This document shows, one piece after another, positions 52,545 through 64,000 of a stretch of 64,000 bases of DNA. Location of the stretch: contig NC_043015.1 of the NCBI RefSeq assembly GCF_006345805.1, forward strand, positions 39,370,001 through 39,434,000, given 5' to 3'. Made by a program: the position numbers and the translations under genes. The DNA is from Octopus sinensis (Eukaryota). Below the pieces are notes generated by a model. It was not told where the DNA came from. It saw only the letters and a program-made list of their open reading frames with translations, and did no database searches. Position 1 is the stretch's first letter. Every line of letters starts with the position of its first letter.

Positions 52545-52900
52545 CTGTTATATCCTCAGTTTTACTAGACTAGATGGGTCTTCTTATGCACAGCAGATCG
52601 CCAATCACCTTGGTCCCTTTCATCGCTGAGCAACTCAACATCTGAAGATCCTTTCTTACCATTTCATCCCTCGTCATCTGTAGCAGGTTCGGTGAATTGA
52701 AATTAGCTGAGGAAGTTTAATACTGTCAAAGCATGTTCAAAGTTGTCTCCCCTATTCACTGAAAGCAAATAAGCTGCCTGGTGTCTCTTCTTCACCGCAT
52801 AACTGTTAATGCTCATTGCATTAACTAACACCATCACCACACATGACTCTTATTTAGAAATGCTATCCGGAGCCAGCGACGAAATTGGTTGAGTCGAAAT
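52545..52900 (-). mobile_element. RTE LINE C-terminal remnant
   Basis: Minus strand resembles ..VRKDLQMLS..W..AV..KT at the RTE ORF end. Confidence 0.5.
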
Positions 52901-53149
52901 AGAAGGCTGACTTCATGGTACCTTATCTGTCGCTATAAGAAAACTTCAACTTAATCCGACTGTGCTACTACTGCCTATTGCGTGCTTAGGGTCTGAGCCA
53001 ACGAGAGCTACAGACACTGGCCCCAGACACTGAATTATATAATGTCATGCCTAAAATTCGAGCCTCACATCTTTATGTTTGTTACTTAGACTCATCATAG
53101 TTGTCTCCCTTCCTTCACACAAGAAAAACGAAAGAAGGAAGAGAAGAAA

Positions 53150-53420
<271 letters not shown>

Positions 53421-53774
53421 AAAAGTGAAAGAAGAAAGAAAGAAAGAGTGACTGAAAAAAAAAAGAATGCGTAAAACGAAAGAGGAGAACGAAAAGAAAG
53501 AGGAAGAAAAAAAAGAAAAATAAAGAGTTGTTTGTTGTTCTGTAAAACGAGGAAGTATTTCAAAAAAGTCCTCGAGAAAAAAATGAAAGACTAAAATGAT
53601 AATAAAAAGAGAGCTGAAGGGAAATAACTCAAATGAACCAATGGCTTGAACTTAGATAAATTAGCGTATTTTATAAAAAGATTAATTATGTTGTGGATTG
53701 AATGAAATATGTTTTAATCTCGAGCGGAGATATTTCTTGAAATTTCCTGAAATCGTTTCATGGAAGAACCCTTT

Positions 53775-53990
53775 CTATTAAAGGCACAAGGCCTGGAATT
53801 TTGAGGGGGTTGGGTGGGGTTAGTCGATTACGGTGACCTCAGTGCGTAACCTGGTACTTATTTTATCGACCCCCGAAAGGATAAAAGGCAAAGTCGACCT
53901 CTGCGGAATTTGAACTCGGAACATAAAGACGGACGAAATGCCGCTAAGCATTTTTCGCCCCGTGTGCTATCGATTCTGCCATCTGGTCGC
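53775..53990 (-). mobile_element. SINE family B (older subfamily)
   Basis: Head, core and alternative tail. Confidence 0.85.
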
Positions 53991-54575
53991 CTTGTCCAGC
54001 TCGCTTGTGCCGGGAGAAAATGGTTGTTGGTGTTTAACCGGAGGTTAACCCGTCATCGAGTATAGGCCTGTCGAGTCGTGATTCTCTCGCCTTTATCCAC
54101 GACAGTCAATCTCGGATTTCATTATCCTATCTTATAAATCTTTATTTCAAGGCGGCATAACATGATCGTCACCCGATGCGTCATGGCACACTATGTCACG
54201 CGATTTCGTCATTTGCGTCGCGAAAATTATAAATCTATTTTTTTTTAATGTGACAAAACCAACACAAATTCAAAATTTAGTCCTGTTTCCTGTTAATTAT
54301 TTATTGATTGAAGAAATAATAATTTTCTCTAATTTAAGTACTATTGTATTTTGGGATTAAAATATATAAATACTTTTTTCAATATATCTTTTAGGCATAA
54401 AGTTCTCCAGAAAACCCTATATTTATCTCTCGTTTATCATGGAAGAGAAGTTTGCAAAACATTTCTGGAGGACGCGTTTTATGGGATATGCAGCTGCTAT
54501 TTCTAGCAGGTCGATGACCGCGTAAAGGCACCTTGGCTTGGCAAAGAGGGGAGGATATGTTAGAGTTTCAATTTC

Positions 54576-54589
54576 ATTGCTATGGTAAC
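54576..54589. promoter_or_regulatory. RFX X-box-like motif in a CpG/GA-rich putative promoter
   Basis: ATTGCT-AT-GGTAAC fits RYYNYY-N2-RRNRAC, about 230 bp upstream of a candidate ATG exon. Confidence 0.35.
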
Positions 54590-54817
54590 AGTGAATGACA
54601 TTTCCCAAAGTGGAGAAAGAGTAAGAGAGAGAGAGAGAGAGAGAGGAGGAGGAGGAGGAGGAAGAGAGAGGTTGGGGAAAAGGCAGAGTGGTGGTGGTGG
54701 AAGGGGTGCAGTGCTAATAAAGGAGAGAGAGAAACCTCCTCCGCCGCGGTCGCCTCTGTTGTCACGACTAGATTCACAGTTATCTCCCTTGCTACAGGAA
54801 GCCTAAACAAACCCAAA

Positions 54818-54840
54818 ATGGAGGAAGATGTGTCCCAGTG
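54818..54840 (+). CDS. Candidate first coding exon (MEEDVSQ+TG)
   Basis: Kozak-like AAAATGG and donor CAGTG|GTGAGT. Upstream TTGCTACAG acceptor at about 54797; CpG-rich context. Confidence 0.35.
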
Positions 54841-55314
54841 GTGAGTAATGTTTCGTATCTCTTCGGTAAAACCACAATAGAACCATAATTCTTGACATTT
54901 CGAACCTTCTTTCGCTACTTCCACTCCACCCTGGCCGCTCGAAGAAATCGCCAACCGTCTTTTTCAGCCCCCATATTGCCTACAACGACCACGTCAGCTG
55001 TTCCAAGCCGTCTCCTCTCTCAAAGACACATCACATGTTCCTCTCGGATTTCTCACCCTAATTAACCAGCTTTAATTCCATAATAGACACCTTGCGAACC
55101 GTCATTACCCCAGAATTATCCTTCGGGAGAAGGAAATGTATATTTCTTTCCTTAAGCTAATATTAATTTATTTCTTCTCTTTATTTGTTTTACACATTTT
55201 AAACTTCTTTGACATTTTCCACCGTTTCTCCCCCTCTCGATGTCTCTTTCTCTTCCCCCCCCTTTTTTTCTCTCGGAGACACTAATATATTTATGTATGT
55301 ATACGTATATAATG

Positions 55315-55349
<35 letters not shown>

Positions 55350-56074
55350 GTATATATGTATGTATGTATACATGTATAATGCTGGGAGTTACCAATCTTT
55401 AGGTGTTTTGATTCCTCTTTTACCAAACATCTGTGTGCCACAATCGACGAGGTGTATATATATATATAAAAGAAAAAAAAAACAAACATTGTGACTAATT
55501 CTACAGTCTTATGTCATCGAACGGTTATAAATATCGATACGTGAAATCCTAATGATTAGTCACAGACTTGAAATCGCTTATGACATAACATCATTTTTGT
55601 CACATGTCTTTTAGTTGATGTTACTTGTTAATATAATAAGTGTTAGGTTGTTCTCAGCCACGGAAATTGAGTCAGATCTACTCCAAAAGAGCTCCATCTG
55701 GATTTCCCCGGGGCGGGTCCTTTTTCCTTCCTTACCACTTGATGAACTGAAAACTTCAGTCATGTATAAAGTGCAGGAAATAAAAAGAAAAAAGAAAAAA
55801 AATTTCCCCCACACCCAAATTTAAACGAACACTCCACCAAGCGTGACGAATGTAAGAAGAACTGTTGTAAGTGAAGTCTGTCGTCGTGGTTTAGTGTAAC
55901 TCCACACCGGTTATCAACCTTCAACCACTTGCGAGTTGGCTGAATGTAAACTAGGCTTCGTAACTTTCACACTTGTTTAACAACGAACCTTTCTCAATGT
56001 AATAATGTACTTTAATGTCACGATCTTTCGTCGTTTGGTGATAAGACAGCGAAGGAGGCTCCCCCCGATACCTT

Positions 56075-56544
56075 GGTGGTACTACTAGCGAACAGTGGTC
56101 CCGGTGCGCGCACTCGCGCATCCGCGCTAATTAGTCGTAGGTAGTCGATCCTACAACGATTTGCGCGTATGTTTGTATTTCAAGGCTGAATACATATACT
56201 CTCTTTTACTCTTTTACTTGTTTCAGTCATTTGACTGCGGCCATGCTGGAGCACCGCCTTCAGTCGAGCAAATCGACCCCGGGACTTATTCTTTGTAAGC
56301 CCAGTACTTATTCTATCGATCTCTTTTTGCCGAACCGCTAAGTGACGGGGACGCAAGAAAATTAAATAATATTTTTCGAACAAAGTAAATAAAACGCAAA
56401 GTAAATAATTTTTTAATCCAAGTAAATAAATTATTTTTATAAACAAACAAGGGTTAGGGTTTAAAAGTCGTAGGATCGACTACTTACGACTAGCCAGCGC
56501 GAGTGCACGCACCGGGACCACTGTAGTAGTACGCTAGTAGTACC
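56075..56544. mobile_element. CpG-rich MITE with ~85-bp TIRs and 8-bp TSD GATACCTT, containing a SINE-A fragment (56199-56354)
   Basis: GGTACTACTAGCG..CAGTGGTCCCGGTGCG..GTAGTCGATCCTAC inverted at both ends. TSD at 56067-56074 and 56545-56552. Confidence 0.75.
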
Positions 56545-57341
56545 GATACCTTTCGACTACTAGAAAAAACAAAATAAAAAAAAAAAACTAAATATTTCTC
56601 AAATTCCACCCTATTTAACATTTGACGGTATTGTCGTGGCTGAAATGTTTTCGGTCATAAGTTTTCTCGAACGGGGCAGACGTGTAACCGTTTAACTTCT
56701 ACTACAGAATTACAGAAGTGATGTTCTTGAAAGAGAGAGAGAGCCATGAATGACACAGCATCCCTTCTGTTCCCCATCTTATAATTTTGCTGTTTTGCGA
56801 ATATCTTAAACGAAAATAACTCACATTCGCACTTAAATTGCCGTCTGTGTTTAAAAGTTTAAATGTTGACAAGCTGACATTTCGTTTTCTCAGACTCCAT
56901 CTCCTCCCTTGTATAAACACTTCTTTATTATTTCTGTAATAATTAAGTCTTTAATTAAAGAAAAACCTGCTGGAGATGGATCTTTAAAAACTCATAATTT
57001 AATATTTGGCAATTAATCTTGTAAAAAAAATACTTAAAACGATGGCCTTCATCTCTTAATTGCTTTCATTTAATTTTCTCTCTATTTGTAACTAAATAGA
57101 AAATAAATCTCTGTTGGAGTTAGTAGTTTTAATCCCTAGTCTTCCCTGGTTGAGTAGGCCTTGGATCAGAAGCGTTCCAGCCATGGCCACCCTGTATTTT
57201 TGTTTATCAGAGACTACATTATCCTCTGAGTCCCTTTTTGTAAAGAGTGTATTTGAGCTGATTTTGTTGCTGTCTTTAACTCTGGAGAATTGATGTATCT
57301 GGTGTGTATATAACTTATTATATTTGACTGTTATTCTACAC

Positions 57342-57542
57342 CCGTGGTTTTCAACCAGGGTTCCGTCAGTACAGTCCAGGGGTTCCGCAAGAAGTTACAA
57401 AACTGCTAAAATCGACAGTAATTTTTAATTCTCCTGTGCAGATATGTGTGCATAAGACTATTAAATTATTGCACAGGGGTTCCTCGAGCCAGTGGAATGT
57501 TTCTTTGGGGTTCCGCTCCAGCAAAAAGTTTGAAAAGCTCTG
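57342..57542. mobile_element. hAT (MER5-like) MITE with perfect 8-bp TSD
   Basis: TTCTACAC|CCGTGGTTTTCAAC ... TTTGAAAAGCTCTG|TTCTACAC. Confidence 0.9.
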
Positions 57543-57687
57543 TTCTACACCCTCTGAAATATATGTTCAGCCTTTATTTACACATAAAAATATCCCTTTT
57601 ATTGTAATCCTCTGCTTTATTTAATGCTGACCTTTCGGGGGTGTTTTTCTCAAAGAAAACCGAATTCTCTTTTTGGTCCCAGATATT

Positions 57688-57884
57688 TTACTCTTTACTC
57701 TTTTACTTGTTTCAGTCATTTGACTGCGGCCATGCTGGAGCACCGCCTTTAGTCGACCAAATCGACCCCAGGACTTATTCTTTGTAAGCCCAGTACTTAT
57801 TCTATCGGTCTCTTTTGCCAAACCGCTAAGTAACGGGAATGTAAACACACCAGCATCGGTTGTCAAGCAATGCTAGGGGGACAA

Positions 57885-57892
<8 letters not shown>
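57688..57892 (-). mobile_element. SINE family A, 3' half
   Basis: Family tail and body. Confidence 0.85.
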
Positions 57893-57931
<39 letters not shown>

Positions 57932-58129
57932 AAGCAATAAGGGTTTAGCAACGAGTTGCCTTACCACATACCGAATTTAGAAATAGCAGTCAAAGGGTTA
58001 TAGCTATTTCTTCTACTAAAAAGGGAGATCTATTTCTTCTACTAGTAGAAGAAATAGCTATAACCCTTTGACTGCTATTTCTAAATTCGGTATGTGGTAA
58101 GGCAACTCGTTGCTAAACCCTTATTGCTT
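57932..58129. repeat. Perfect 87-bp inverted repeat with 24-bp spacer
   Basis: 57932-58018 is the exact reverse complement of 58043-58129. Confidence 0.95.
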
Positions 58130-58242
58130 AGTATTACTTAAATTTTCCTCGAATGAGGCTTTTACATGCCGAAGACTACTTGGTGTAATTGATAATTTTT
58201 CCAAATTAATTAATTTCACCCTTCATTATATATATATACATA

Positions 58243-58397
58243 TATACGACAGGCTTCTTTCAGTTTCCGTCTACCAAATCCACTCACAAGGCATTGGTTG
58301 GCCCGGGGCTATAGCAGAAGATACTTGCCCAAGATGCTACGCAGTGGGACTGAACCTGGAACTATGTGGTTAGTTAGCAAGCTACTTACCACACTCC
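58243..58397 (-). mobile_element. SINE family A, 5' half
   Basis: Head and conserved domain. Confidence 0.85.
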
Positions 58398-58936
58398 AGA
58401 ATTATTTTTACAAAAATTGTTGTGGTTTAGCAAATGTTCCCAGCTGCAGTCCTTGTTTAACCCATTTCAGCTTGTGGAAACTCAAATTAAACTGACGACA
58501 ATGAAATAAGGGGATTGATTCTGTCTGGAAGTAACACTCATTAAAAACAAACCCAAAAAACCCAAAAAAAAAATTCCTGGGATACAAAATGTTAGTGGTG
58601 ATATTTGAGAACTGTTTGTTAGATCAGCATTTCTCACAGACGGTGTGAGGGGTGGGGGGGAAGCAGGAATAGACAAATTGCCATACTTAACGAAATTAAA
58701 ATGGTTTTAAACTTTATAAATATGCCGAATATCATGGAGGAGTTGAAGAATTATTGAGAAACAAACTGTAATTTGTCATTAATAGAGGGGGTGGGGGGAG
58801 ATAGGGTGTGTGTGTGTGTGTGTGTCTGCGATATTTGTCAGTTTGAGAAGCGCTGTGGGAGGTTGCATCATCTTACAATTGAAGAACATGGAATTTTTGA
58901 ATTTGTTTGCAATATTTTAAATGTATTAGGAGTGCC

Positions 58937-59420
58937 GTGCCACATAAAAAGCAACCGTGTTGGTGCCATATAAAAAGCAACCGTGTTGGTGCCATATAAA
59001 AAGCATCCATGTTGGTGCCACATAAAAAGCACTCGTGCTGGTGCCACATAGAAAGCACTCGTGTCGGTGCGACATAAAAAGCACTCATGCCGGTGCCACA
59101 TAAAAGCACCCATGTTGGTGCCACGTAGAAGGCACATGTGCTAGTATAGAACACCCACACTGGTGCCACATAAGAGGCACTGGTGCTGGCATCATATATA
59201 AAGTACTACTGCTGGTGCCATGTATAAAGTTTTGGTTCCACATAAAAAGCACCCAGTACAATCTGAAGTGGTTGGCATTAGGAAGGGCATCCAGCTTTCA
59301 GAAACCATTCCAAAATAGACACAATTAAAGCCTGGTGCAGCTCTCTGCTGGCCAGCTCCTGTTAAGCCATCCAACATGCAAAATGGACAGCATGGAAAAT
59401 GGACATTAAATGATGATGAT
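58937..59420 (+). repeat. ~11 x 26-bp minisatellite fused to an RTE-type 3' tail
   Basis: Unit GGTGCCACATAAAAAGCAC+N7, followed by GTTGGCATTAGGAAGGGCATCCAGC..GCATGGAAAATGGACATTAAA(TGA)n. Confidence 0.85.
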
Positions 59421-59636
59421 AGGCAGTGAGCAATGAAATTGATTGCAATTAAAATTATTTTACTGAGTACTGGGGTGGATTTGCTTGACCAAATGAGAGA
59501 TTAAATGCGAAGACAACTGGTATGACATGTCTGTTAGAAAACGTTCATTTAAACCTTCTTTCCAGATGCTGAATGCTGTCCCTCCTCTCCATGTTCTCTC
59601 CCACCTCCCTTTTCACTTCCCTGGAGTTAGCATTGT

Positions 59637-61185
59637 CAATGTAGGAATATTGAAAGGTAGGCCTGGTGTGATTGTTGAGATGCTTGAATAGAGGTGAGTG
59701 TTGTATTCAAGAAGTAAAGTGGAGGGGAGCTTCAGCCAGGTTCCTTACAGGCAAAAAAACATGCATAAAATCTTTTGGGAAGGTAACAGTGTTGGGGTAA
59801 GTGGAGTGGGTATACTTCTAGCAGAGAAATAGGTTAAGATGATTAAGGTAGTCAGTGTGCAGTAGGACACTTACGCTTAGACAAGTTTTGCATAGTAATG
59901 CAGCAACAATTATCTCTGCCTATGCCCTCCATCTGGGTCTACCATATGAACAAAAGCAGGTTTCCTCAAAGACAAATGACTGTGACCTTATCTTCGTAGT
60001 TAGTGATTTCAGTGGACTTGTTGGGTAGCACCTGGGTGTCTTCTGCAATGTACATTGGATGGGGGCCATGGAATTGATTCTTGAAATGAAGAAGGAACAA
60101 GGCTAAGGGAGATCTGTGATGCAAATAACCTAATGATCTGCAACACCAACTGCAAGAAGCTAGCCAGTCACCTGATGACCTATCAGTCTGGAAGCTATTC
60201 AAGCTAGATTGACTACATTCTCACCAGAAGGTGAGCTGCATCATCATCATTGTTCAACCGTGGTCAAGACAATGGAATTTACTATGTTACGCCAGACTTC
60301 ACGGTCCATCATGGCATTACGGAGGTCCTGTTGCTGGATGCCTGTATCCCTGGAGATTACATCAGGGTAGGAGAGTGTGCGCCCTCTGGTATTGCGAGTA
60401 GATGGCTTCCAGAGGAGAAGAGTAGAAATTACTTCTTTTTCAGCTCTACAACAATGTCCAGCATATATATATATGTAAGTATATATATATGCATATATAT
60501 ATATATATATATCATCATTGTTCGACCGTGGTCGAGACAATGGAATTTACTATGTTACGCCAGACTTCACGGTCCATCATAGCATTACGGAGGTCCTGTT
60601 GCTGGATGCCTGTATCCCTGGAGATTACATCAGGGTAGGAGAGTGTGTGCCCTCTGGTATCGCGAGCAGATGGCTTCCAGAGGAGAAGAGAAGAAATTAT
60701 CTCGTTTTCAGCTCTACAACAATGTCCAGCAAACTGGACTCTGCTACCTTTCACAAGAGATGACACAGGTGGTAGTTTCCCATATACTTGCATTTTGGTT
60801 GGATGACGCTTCCACTAGAGATTTTGAGCTCTCATAAGGAGGCGAGTGTAAGTTCCATCTAACCACCTCTCAAGCTTCTTTGATAACGTCCAGGTTTCTG
60901 AGCCATATAGTAGAATTGGTTCGACTGTGGCTTTGAAGATTCTAAGTTTGAAATCTCTACTTAGATTTGATGACCAGATCTTATGCATATCATTACAGGC
61001 TGACCAGGCCATAAATGCAAAGACCTTTCCTGATGAAGAATGTGTCCCTCAGCATAGCTTAGTCATTGGCGACTTCAGACTAGAAGGATTCCAAGAAGCA
61101 ATCCTGCATGGAAAAGGATTTAGAAGCTTAAGGATCCTCTGAATAGTCAGAGATTTAGAGATGCCCTAATTGAGACATTTAAGGA
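59637..61185 (+). mobile_element. RTE LINE APE-endonuclease remnant split by a nested LINE
   Basis: NVGILKG..CIQEVKWRG..SGVGILL..IISAYA..SDFSG..N.EG.RL..IDYILTR, resuming at about 61011 with INAKTFPDEECVPQHSLVIGDFR. Confidence 0.88.
60240..61010 (-). mobile_element. 5'-truncated RTE-clade LINE (RT C-terminus) with tandem duplicate of its 3' end
   Basis: MAWSACNDMHKIW..ILLYGSETWTL..QFAGHCCRAE..NAMMDREVWRNIV (60511-61010). Second copy of the last ~220 nt at 60240-60462. Confidence 0.9.
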
Positions 61186-61353
61186 AAATTTCTTTTTTTT
61201 TTTTTGAAAATCTCTCACTGGACAGTGAAACCAGTAAAAATAATTCTCTGGTCAGTGGCGATAATTAGAGAAATCAAGTTGTCCTGATTGTTGTTTTTAT
61301 TGTTTAAGCTGACCATGAACTTCTTTCTATATTCTGCTATAGTCACAACTTAA

Positions 61354-61725
61354 GGAGTGGCTGTGTGGTAAGAAGCTTGCTTCCCAACCACATGGTTCCG
61401 GGTTCAGTCCCACTGCTTGGCACCTTGGGCAAGTGTCTTCTTCTATAGCCTCGGCCCGACCAAAGCCTTGTGAGTGGATTTGGTAGATAGGAGCGGAAAG
61501 AAGCTCATCATATATATATGTATGTATATTTGTGTGTGTGTGTGTGTATTTATGTATCTGTGTTTGTCTCCCCACCATCGCTTGGCAACCGATGTTGGTG
61601 TGTTTACGTCCCCATCACTTAGCAGTTCGGAAAAATAAGTCCTGGGGTCGATTTGTTCGATGAAAGTTAGTGCTCCAGCATGGCCACAGTCAAATGACTG
61701 AAACAAGTAAAAGAATAAAAGAAAA
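61354..61725 (+). mobile_element. SINE family A, full length
   Basis: Head through tail present. Confidence 0.9.
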
Positions 61726-62021
61726 GGTGTGTGTGTGTGTTCACATGCATGTATGTATACATTATCCATGCACACATGCATGTATATACAAGGAAAGTTT
61801 AACACAAAGAGAGAGAGGCCAGCCTTCTGCTCTGCAAGTATATGTTGCTATTTTGTGCTGCCATCTCAATTGTTCAGCTCCTCAACAAGTGTGTTGAGTG
61901 TTTGGATATTTCATTTATTTGCCACTCAATTCTCTCTGGTTGCAACTGTAACAGGATCCCGTAGGCGTGCTGCTTGCTGTGGACTGTTATTCAATCCATG
62001 GAAATATTTGCCTTCGTCATT

Positions 62022-62700
62022 ATCATCATCATCGTTTAACTTCTGCCTTTCATACTAGCATGGGTGGGACAGTTTGATAAGAGCTGGCCAGGCAGAAGCC
62101 TGAGCCAGACTTCTGCGACTGTTTTGGCAGGATTTTTACAGCTGGATGCCCTTCCTAACACCAACCACTTTACAGTGCTTTTTATGTGGCACAAGTGCAG
62201 GTGAGGTCAGTTTTGGCAAAGTTTTTACAGCTGGATGCCCTTCCAAACACTAACCACTCAGCAGAGTGGACTTAGTGCTTTTTATGTGGCACAAAGATAG
62301 GTGAGATGAGTTTTGGCAAGGTTTTTACAGCTGGATGCCCTTCCAAACACCAACCACTTTACAGTGAGGACTGGATGGTTTTTAAGTGGTACCTGCATTG
62401 ACAGGGTCACCAAGTACATGCAAGACAGAAAAAAGAGACAAAAATTTTCAAGAGGGAAGGGGGTATTGGAGGAGGTGATCTTGTGTTGGATGATGAAAAG
62501 TTATAGGGAGACAGAGAGACCGAAACAGGTGTCTTGCTGTAGAGGAAGTACAAGGTTACCTGGCTGGGGAAGAGAGAGAGAGAGAGAGAGAGAGAGATCA
62601 GGAATGAAGACAGAAACAGATGTGCTACCACAAAGGAAAAACATGCTTACCCAACCTGAAGAAAGTGCAGGAGAAGGTGAGAGAGAGTGGGTATCAGCTA
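62022..62700 (-). mobile_element. RTE-tail-derived element with triplicated ~100-bp module
   Basis: TTTTGGCA..TTTTTACAGCTGGATGCCCTTCC..AACCACT x3 at about 62122, 62212 and 62311. Confidence 0.7.
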
Positions 62701-62774
62701 AAATGCTTTTCAGTTCAACATTCAGCAAAGGTGTTTTGAAAAGCTTAAATAAAAACATGAAAAACATTCGAGTG

Positions 62775-62980
62775 AGGTCGTTGCCAGTGGCTCCTGTGCA
62801 GGTGGCACATAAAAGCACCCACTACACTCTCGGAATGGTTGGCGTTAGGAATGGCATCCAGCTGTAGAAACTCTGCCAGATCAGATTGGAGCCTGGTGCA
62901 GCCATCTGGTTCGCCAGTCCACAGTCAAATCGTCCAACCCATGCTAGCATGGAAAGCGGATGTTAAACGATGATGATGAT
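62775..62980 (+). mobile_element. RTE-type 3' tail element
   Basis: GGTGGCACATAAAAGCACC..GGCATCCAGCTGTAGAAAC..CATGCTAGCATGGAAAGCGGATGTTAAAC(GAT)n. Confidence 0.8.
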
Positions 62981-63244
62981 AATATTTTGGTCGATTGGTG
63001 TGGTGGGGAGAGTGTTGCCTAGAGCTTGTTTAGACTTTCATTGACTTTGCTGGTCAGTGAGTATGGTTTTTGTGTTGGTGCATTGAGGTTGTGGGCAGAA
63101 CAGAAACAGTTTTGCCAATAAAGGGTTCGAAAGTTGCAGAGCAAGGCAGTAGTTAAGATGTAGAGGTGGTGCCATTCAGATTAGTAGAGGAAAAGTGAAA
63201 GATCTCAGTAGGAGCAGAGAGTGAACCCAGTCCTATATTGGTCT

Positions 63245-63395
63245 CACATTTTGGCACAAGGCCAGCAATTTGGGGGTAGGGTTGAAACCAATTACATCGA
63301 CCAGAGTGTTCAACTGGTACTTATTTTATTGACCCTAAAAAGATGAAAGCAGTCGACCATGGCAGAATTTGAACTCAGAATGTAAAGGCGGACAA
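63245..63395 (-). mobile_element. SINE family B (older subfamily), degenerate
   Basis: Core and alternative tail. Confidence 0.7.
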
Positions 63396-63824
63396 AAACA
63401 CACGATCTAGTATTGGATCAGTGTGTGAAGGACAACTTTTTCCTGTGTGTTGGGCAGCATTGGCACACTTAATGGAGAATCAGTTGTGATTTCAAATCGT
63501 GCAGCAGCTGTTGTTACCGTTAGTGTGGGTGGCCATATCTGGCTATAAGACACTAATCTGTCACTTTATTTTCGTGTCCAGCTGTGCCTCTCTGCCTCCC
63601 TACTGCCATACTTTTTCGTATCTCATTAATTAGGTTAAGTGATGGTTGTAATTATATCTTAGTCTCTAATTTTAGTCTTTTCATTCATCATCATCTACAA
63701 CAGACACGTGTGAACAATCATCATTATCATCATAGCAACAGTATTTGTTTTCTAAATTTAATGTGAGTGTTGTACAGTGTTTCAGTTTTCTAACCCTTCC
63801 ATCCTGACCCACCACACATCAACC

Positions 63825-63871
<47 letters not shown>

Positions 63872-64000
63872 AAGTCCAATACTCTGTCATTTCACCTCTC
63901 ATCTCTGACCTTCCTTGCTCTGTTTCTTGCCATCTAAAACACTCAATGATGTCAACATTTCTTTACCCCAAACACATCCTCTGTCCAGCAATCAATGCTA

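Noticed and set aside
56450-56462. Interstitial telomere
   Set aside because: Only about two TTAGGG units, inside a MITE.
58937-59260. CRISPR-like repeat/spacer appearance
   Set aside because: Linkers are only ~7 nt and related to each other, there are no cas genes, the context is eukaryotic, and the unit derives from an RTE tail.

Overview
AT-rich, microsatellite-dense animal genomic DNA. The tRNA-derived SINE families, RTE/R4-Dong/Penelope remnants and (TA)n/(CATA)n/(TAA)n tracts look like an octopod cephalopod (inference). No intact multi-exon gene or known gene symbol can be supported, and most ORF-track entries are microsatellite or SINE artefacts. The window holds about 30 SINE copies from three or four families, decayed LINEs (CR1-like, R4/Dong, HERO/R2-like, Tx1, RTE, Penelope), a Ty3/gypsy pol remnant, mariner remnants and MITEs (mariner, pogo, hAT, Mutator-like, Helitron ends). 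Most interesting: (i) several long, near-perfect inverted repeats able to form dsRNA, including a 244-bp pair whose only two mismatches are A:C; (ii) a minimal Penelope-type hammerhead ribozyme at 8353-8387; (iii) recurrent insertion of one SINE family into its own head at GGTATT(TC); (iv) a cluster of R4/Dong LINE fragments in (TAA)n/(TAG)n tracts; (v) a unique block at 30.0-30.6 kb resembling a degenerate class A GPCR whose in-frame stops are TAG/TGA; (vi) low-confidence exon candidates, including an in-frame chain of minus-strand micro-exons and a plus-strand first exon downstream of an RFX X-box. All homology calls are by eye, without database searches.
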